Program-made: the position numbers and the translations under genes
The notes under the pieces: model-generated
What the model saw: only the letters and a program-made list of their open reading frames with translations
What the model was told of the DNA's origin: nothing
Database searches by the model: none
NCBI GenBank assembly: GCA_041686025.1
Contig: JAWLEP010000008.1
Span: 4,996 to 68,995 of the forward strand
Length of the DNA: 64,000 bases
Source: Candidatus Fermentibacteraceae bacterium
Lineage (GTDB): Bacteria > Fermentibacterota > Fermentibacteria > Fermentibacterales > JCC-6
Direction of reading: 5' to 3'
Shown: in pieces, positions 59,336-64,000 of the stretch
Position numbering within the stretch: position 1 is the stretch's first letter
Layout of the letters: the number at the start of each line of letters is the position of its first letter

Positions 59336-60637
59336 ATGTACCGCCCAACCCTTCTGCTGCCGCTTTGTGTCCTGGCCTTCGCCGCCGGCGCCCTGTGCGG
59401 GCTGCCGGGGAGCCTGCCGGCTGCACTCGTGGCCGCCGTCTGCGGCCTGGCCGCGCCCCGCCGCGCCGGTCCCCTGCGATGGGCCCTGCTCCTGGCGTCG
59501 GCCGCCCTGCTGGGGGGCTCCCTGGCGCCACCGGGCTCGGCAGAGGCAGGCCGTCGGCCCAGGGGTCCAATCTACAAAGGCGAGGTAACCGCCGTAACCG
59601 CCTCCGGGGCCATGATAGCCAGCGGCGACGGCCGCCGCCTCTGGGTGCCCGGCAGATTCGGGGAGGAGGGGATTATGCGGGGGGACTCCATGGCCGTGGC
59701 CGGTTGGCGCCGCGGGCGCTTCCTGACCCCCTCGCTGGCAACCGCCAGGCCAGCCGGTGGGCCGCTGCGTGAGCTGCGGGGGAATCTGGCCCGGCTGCTG
59801 GAGCGCCAGCTGCGTCCCCGCCTGGTCTCTGCCACCGCCCAGACCCTGCTGCTGGGCTTTCGGGGCCGCATGCCCCGCAGGGCCAGGGACGGCTTCCGGG
59901 AGGGAGGGGTGACCCATCTCCTGGCGGTCTCGGGCATGCACGTGGGAATGGTGGCAGCGGTGGCGCTCCTGATCCTCCGACGATTGCTGGGCAGGGGATG
60001 GACCGCCACACTGCTCGCCTGCGCCTCGGTGGCCATCTACGCGGCTGTCACGGGGCTGCGCCCCTCGGCGGTGCGGGCCGCGGTGATGGCCTGCGCGGCC
60101 CTTCTGTGGCTGCGGTGGGCGGGAGGCACCCCCGGCCTGCTCTGGCTGTGGGGGGCGGCCGCGGCGGTGGTGCTGGCGGCGGATCCCATGGCCGTCTTCG
60201 ACACCGGCGCCCAGATGTCCTTCGGCGCCGTCCTGGCCCTGATACTGGCCGGCCGGACCTTCGAGCTGCGGCCCAGACCGCTGGCCTGGGCCGCCGACGG
60301 CCTCTACGCCGGCCTGGTGGTCACGGTGGCCCTGGCCCCGCTGGTGAGCGCCGCCTACGGGGACATGCGGCCGCTGGGACCGGTCCTCACCGTGGTATCC
60401 CTGCCCCTGGTCATGGGGGTGATGGTGCTGTCCTTGCCTGCAGTGATCCCCTGGATGGGCAGGCCGTTCGCCAGGCTCCTGGAGTGGGTGGTGTGGTCCT
60501 GGAACAGCGCGGTGGAAGCGATCAGCGCCGGAGGGGTGGACGTGGCGGGAAGGGCCGGCCTGCTGGCCTGGGGGCTGCTACTGGGACTCCTGGTCCTGGC
60601 CGCCAGATGGAGGGGGCTGCACAGAAGGCTCCGCTGA
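59336..60637 (+). CDS. ComEC/Rec2-like membrane protein (DUF4131 plus competence domain, no metallo-beta-lactamase domain)
   Basis: VTHLLAVSGMHVGMV hallmark motif. About 9 TM helices. Confidence 0.7.
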   Translation: MYRPTLLLPLCVLAFAAGALCGLPGSLPAALVAAVCGLAAPRRAGPLRWALLLASAALLGGSLAPPGSAEAGRRPRGPIYKGEVTAVTASGAMIASGDGRRLWVPGRFGEEGIMRGDSMAVAGWRRGRFLTPSLATARPAGGPLRELRGNLARLLERQLRPRLVSATAQTLLLGFRGRMPRRARDGFREGGVTHLLAVSGMHVGMVAAVALLILRRLLGRGWTATLLACASVAIYAAVTGLRPSAVRAAVMACAALLWLRWAGGTPGLLWLWGAAAAVVLAADPMAVFDTGAQMSFGAVLALILAGRTFELRPRPLAWAADGLYAGLVVTVALAPLVSAAYGDMRPLGPVLTVVSLPLVMGVMVLSLPAVIPWMGRPFARLLEWVVWSWNSAVEAISAGGVDVAGRAGLLAWGLLLGLLVLAARWRGLHRRLR

Positions 60638-61312
60638 GCCGCCCACGTCCTCGAAGGTGAGGATCACGCTTCCTTCGTTGTCCAGGGCGCCCTCCGTCTC
60701 CTCCAGGGCCACGGCGCTCACCTCGGCGCCCAGGGGGAAGCTCAGCCGCAGGCTGTCGCCGGGGAAGACCACCCTGGCGTCCCGGGGCTCCCCGGGACGG
60801 TGTATCAGCAGCACGGTCAGCCCGTCGTAGCCCACCAGGTTCTCCGAAGAGGCACTCATCAGGTAGGTCCCGGCGGAGAGGGACAGGCTCCTGGCCCGGT
60901 CTATGGTGGCCAGGTGGTAGGAGGCCGACATGGTGATGGCCGGAGTCATCTCCCGTATGGCCGGCAGGAAGCGGACGGAGTCGGCGGCGGAGGGTGTGGT
61001 CACCACGATGGTCACCGAGTCCTCCGACTCGGGGTCGGGTATCCAGGTCACGCTCCTGCCCCAGGCGGATGCCCCCCCGGTCTCCCGGAAGGTGCCGGCG
61101 GTGCAGGTCCATTCCGCCTCCACCCCGTCGGGCATTATGGTGGAGAGGTAGGTGGTGCCGGAGCCGGTGGAGTCCACCGAGGCCACTATCTGCTGAGACT
61201 CGTTGTGCTGGCCGCTGCACTGTCCTATCATCCACGCCAGCAGGACGGCCACCGGCAGGACGAAGGGCAGTACGACGCTCAGCGCGGTACGGATTCTGCC
61301 TCTTCTTGCCAT
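60578..61312 (-). CDS. Hypothetical secreted protein
   Basis: Signal peptide MARRGRIRTALSVVLPFVLPVAVLLAWMI. Ser/Thr-rich, low Arg/Pro composition unlike the surrounding antisense junk. The 5' 144 codons of the track ORF were discarded. Confidence 0.5.
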   Translation of the reverse strand: MARRGRIRTALSVVLPFVLPVAVLLAWMIGQCSGQHNESQQIVASVDSTGSGTTYLSTIMPDGVEAEWTCTAGTFRETGGASAWGRSVTWIPDPESEDSVTIVVTTPSAADSVRFLPAIREMTPAITMSASYHLATIDRARSLSLSAGTYLMSASSENLVGYDGLTVLLIHRPGEPRDARVVFPGDSLRLSFPLGAEVSAVALEETEGALDNEGSVILTFEDVGGSAEPSVQPPPSGGQDQESQ

Positions 61313-61375
61313 GGCGGGAATATACGGCCCGGAGTACGCGGGAAAAGCCCCGGGGCGGGGAAGGGAGCGGCCGGG

Positions 61376-62419
61376 ATGAACAGGGACCAGATTGCGGAGT
61401 TCCTCATGGAGCTGCTGTGGACCAGGAGCGTCAGCGGCCACACCGAGAAGGCCGTGGACATGGTGCGCCACAGGCTGGACCGGATGGGCCTGCGCACCCG
61501 CCTCACCAACAAGGGTGGCCTGCTGGCCAGCATAGCGGGGGAGGGCGACAGGGCCGTTCTCGTAAGCGCCCACGTGGACACGCTGGGCTGCATGGTCCGC
61601 TCCATAGAGGACGACGGCCGGCTGAGGCTCCGTATGGTGGGCGGCTTCACCATGTCCAGCATAGAGGGCGAGTACTGCCGGGTGGAGACCTTCGACGGCG
61701 AGATGCACCCCGGCACCATACTCTTCGACAGCACCTCGGTGCACGCCTACGGCAGGGACAAGGCCTCAGGGAAGCGCGAGCAGGAGAAGATGTACGTCCG
61801 TCTGGACCGCAGGGTGGAGAACGACGAGGACGTCCGGAAGCTGGGAATATCCGCCGGCAACTACATCCACCTCGACCCCCGGTCGGTCCTCACCGACGAC
61901 GGCTTTGTCAAGTCCCGCCACCTGGACGACAAGGCCGGCGTCGCGGTGATGGTTGCCGCGGCTTCGCAGGTGATGGATGAGGGGGAGAGGCCGCCCCGGG
62001 AGATCCACCTGCTGGTCTCGGCCCACGAGGAGGTGGGCCACGGGGCATCCGCCGGCCTTCCCCTGGACGCCGAGGAGTTCCTGGCCGTGGACATGGGCGT
62101 GCTGGGGAAGGGCCTGGGCGGCAGCGAGACCAGGGTCACCATATGCGCGGCCGACAGCTCAGGCCCCTTCAACTACGCCTTAACCAAACGTCTAATCAGC
62201 CTTGCAAAGAGGGATTCCATACCCTACGTTGTGGACACGTTTCCCTACTACGGCTCCGACGCGGTGGCGGCTCTGAGGGCGGGGATGGACGTCCGGCACG
62301 GCCTGATAGGCCCGGGAATAGACGCCTCCCACGCCATGGAGAGGGGGCACCTCGAGGGCCTGGAGGCCGCCCGCGACCTGCTGGTGGCCTACATGATGGA
62401 GCCCCCGGAAGGGGGCTAG
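61376..62419 (+). CDS. M42 family metallopeptidase (glutamyl aminopeptidase/FrvX-like)
   Basis: VLVSAHVDTLGCMV, HLDDKAGVAVM, SAHEEVGHGASAG, and YYGSDAVAA metal-ligand blocks. Confidence 0.85.
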   Translation: MNRDQIAEFLMELLWTRSVSGHTEKAVDMVRHRLDRMGLRTRLTNKGGLLASIAGEGDRAVLVSAHVDTLGCMVRSIEDDGRLRLRMVGGFTMSSIEGEYCRVETFDGEMHPGTILFDSTSVHAYGRDKASGKREQEKMYVRLDRRVENDEDVRKLGISAGNYIHLDPRSVLTDDGFVKSRHLDDKAGVAVMVAAASQVMDEGERPPREIHLLVSAHEEVGHGASAGLPLDAEEFLAVDMGVLGKGLGGSETRVTICAADSSGPFNYALTKRLISLAKRDSIPYVVDTFPYYGSDAVAALRAGMDVRHGLIGPGIDASHAMERGHLEGLEAARDLLVAYMMEPPEGG

Positions 62420-62421
62420 AA

Positions 62422-62982
62422 CTACTTCTCCCGCAGGTCGGCCAGTATGCGGGTCACCGCGGCGTCCAGACCGTCGCAGACGGCCCAGGGTTCCGGGCCG
62501 CCGGTCTTCCTGATGCCATCGAGCTGGTCCCGGCCCCTGCCGGTAAGCACCAGCAGCGTCCGCAGCCCGGAGGCCCGGCCCAGCTCCATGTCCGTCGCGG
62601 CATCGCCCACCATCCAGCCCCCGTCGGGCAGCCCCAGCTCCCGCCGGGCGGCCTCCACCATTCCCACCGCGGGCTTGCGGCAGCCGCAGCCCTCGTCGGG
62701 CCGGTGGGGGCAGTAGTAGACGCCGCTGATACGTGCTCCGGCCTCCGAAGCCCGCTCCACCAGCAGTGCGTGCACCTGCTCCACCACGTCGCGGGTGGTG
62801 TAGCCCCGTCCGATTGCCGACTGGTTGGTCACCACCACGATGGGCAGGCCCGCCTCGGTGAGCCTGGCCATGCTCCGGAAGACCCCGGGGTAGGGGACCC
62901 AGTGGGATACCCGGCGGACGTAGTCGTCGCGGTTGCGGTTGATCACCCCGTCGCGGTCCAGGAACACCGGCGGCAGTATCAT
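62422..62982 (-). CDS. gmhB: D-glycero-beta-D-manno-heptose-1,7-bisphosphate 7-phosphatase (HAD family)
   Basis: VFLDRDGVIN HAD motif I, VVTNQS motif II, and GDAATD motif IV. An internal CxHxnCxC zinc site (CPHRPDEGCGCRKP) is typical of GmhB. Confidence 0.85.
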   Translation of the reverse strand: MILPPVFLDRDGVINRNRDDYVRRVSHWVPYPGVFRSMARLTEAGLPIVVVTNQSAIGRGYTTRDVVEQVHALLVERASEAGARISGVYYCPHRPDEGCGCRKPAVGMVEAARRELGLPDGGWMVGDAATDMELGRASGLRTLLVLTGRGRDQLDGIRKTGGPEPWAVCDGLDAAVTRILADLREK

Positions 62983-63914
62983 CCCATAAGCTCCCGGTGG
63001 TACTCCACCAGCTCCCGAAGCCCCTCCTGGAACTCCACCTCCGGCTCCCAGCCCAGCACCTCCCGGGCCAGCGTGGAGTCCAGGGAGATCCGCTGTATCT
63101 CCTCGGGTTTTGGCGGGGCGTTTTCCGGTTCCAGCTCGGTTCCCACCAGCCGCCTTATGAGCCGGTCCAGCTCCAGTACCGACCGGCCCCGGCCCCAGCC
63201 CAGGTTCATCACCCTGCCGCCTATGTCATCCCGGGAGAGGTCCATGGCCATCAGGTTGGCCCGGGCCACGTCCGATACGTGAACGTAATCTCTGGTCTGC
63301 TCACCGTCGCCGTTGATGTAGGGGCTTCTGCCCTCCAGGTAGGCCAGTGCGAAGATCGCCGTCACTCCCGCCTCGCCCCGGGGATTCTGCCGGGGGCCGT
63401 AGACGTTGGGATAGCGCAGAACAACGTAGTCCAGCCCGTACAGATGCCTGTACAGGAAGAGGTAGTGCTCCACCGTGTGCTTGCTGACACCGTAGTGGCA
63501 GATGGGTCTGATGGGATGGTCCTCGCTGACCGGAAGCGAGTCCGGCTCGCCGTAGACGGCTCCCCCGGTGGAGGCGTAGACCACACGCTTCACGCCTCCC
63601 TTTCGACAGGCCTCCAGAAGACGAATAGACCCCACGATGTTCACATCGGCATCGAAAACGGGCTCCCGGACGGACCTGCGCACGTCCATCTGCGCGGCAT
63701 GATGGCAGAGGACGTCGAAGCCGCCATCTTCCACCAGCTGTGATGCCTCGGGGCTTCGTATGTCCAGCTCGTGGAACACGGCGGCGGGGTTGAGGTTGTC
63801 GCGGAAGCCTGTGGACAGGTCGTCGACCACGTGCACCTCATGGCCCGCCTCCAGCAGATGGTCCGTCACGTGCGAGGCTATGAATCCCGCCCCGCCGGTC
63901 ACCAGTACCTTCAT
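62979..63914 (-). CDS. NAD-dependent sugar epimerase/dehydratase (UDP-glucose 4-epimerase-like)
   Basis: MKVLVTGGAGFIASH Rossmann motif, YGVSK catalytic YxxxK, and GDGEQTRDYVHVSDV. Confidence 0.8.
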   Translation of the reverse strand: MKVLVTGGAGFIASHVTDHLLEAGHEVHVVDDLSTGFRDNLNPAAVFHELDIRSPEASQLVEDGGFDVLCHHAAQMDVRRSVREPVFDADVNIVGSIRLLEACRKGGVKRVVYASTGGAVYGEPDSLPVSEDHPIRPICHYGVSKHTVEHYLFLYRHLYGLDYVVLRYPNVYGPRQNPRGEAGVTAIFALAYLEGRSPYINGDGEQTRDYVHVSDVARANLMAMDLSRDDIGGRVMNLGWGRGRSVLELDRLIRRLVGTELEPENAPPKPEEIQRISLDSTLAREVLGWEPEVEFQEGLRELVEYHRELMG

Positions 63915-64000
63915 CGCTCCTCCCGTCGGTTTGCGGCGGTGGGCCCCGTTCTCGGACGGAACCCGAAGAGCGATAACATTGCAAACCGGCGCCCCGGCCG

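Overview
This is a high-GC (about 68-70%), very compact bacterial chromosome segment. Nearly all genes lie on the + strand and many are translationally coupled through ATGA, GTGA or TTGA start/stop overlaps. Because of the GC content, most long ORFs in the six-frame track are antisense or alternate-frame artifacts (Pro/Arg/Gly/His-rich); the real genes are the ones with recognisable family motifs.

Layout, in order:
- **1-5 kb:** an LPS-related module (3' part of an MsbA-type ABC exporter, a GT9 heptosyltransferase) translationally coupled to mutS.
- **5-8 kb:** a DUF1847-like protein and a GAF-PAS hybrid histidine kinase.
- **8-9.7 kb:** a Fur-family (PerR-like) regulator, an archaeal-type peroxiredoxin and a flavin reductase, behind a near-consensus sigma70 promoter with an overlapping Fur-type inverted repeat.
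- **9.8-23.8 kb:** one long + strand array of glycan-biosynthesis genes (three GT2, three GT4, three polytopic membrane proteins; the one at 17913 carries an ArnT/PMT-like GT-C motif), ending in a sensor kinase plus a sigma54-dependent NtrC-type response regulator.
- **23.9-27 kb:** a BvgS-like hybrid kinase with two periplasmic solute-binding domains.
- **27.1-28.8 kb, - strand:** a lone GatE-type (archaeal-type) Glu-tRNA(Gln) amidotransferase subunit.
- **29.2-32.8 kb:** hpf-hprK-ptsH-ptsI.
- **32.9-36.5 kb:** a sugar nucleotidyltransferase and two GT4 enzymes.
- **36.5-50.9 kb:** a packed run of DUF4321-tatA-mglA-Zn-ribbon membrane protein-topA-xerC-DUF2723-hslV-hslU-second mglA paralog-GT-C-like membrane protein-dapF.
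- **50.9-58.8 kb:** tRNA-Gly(CCC), a small cluster of envelope genes (CDP-alcohol phosphatidyltransferase, secreted/TPR-like proteins, a GT9-like protein), polA, a sulfatase-fold lipoprotein, a GNAT-like protein.
- **58.8-64 kb:** a SpoU-class methyltransferase, a ComEC-like protein, a hypothetical secreted protein, an M42 peptidase, and gmhB plus a sugar epimerase.

Most worth a second look:
- Two MglA-type Ras-like GTPase paralogs with no MglB/roadblock partner, each overlapping a downstream membrane protein. One partner is a Zn-ribbon/acidic-linker single-pass protein; the other is a large GT-C-fold putative glycosyltransferase.
- The glycosyltransferase operon wired to a sigma54 two-component system.
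- A GatE-type amidotransferase in a bacterial context.

No CRISPR arrays, IS elements or prophage signatures were seen.
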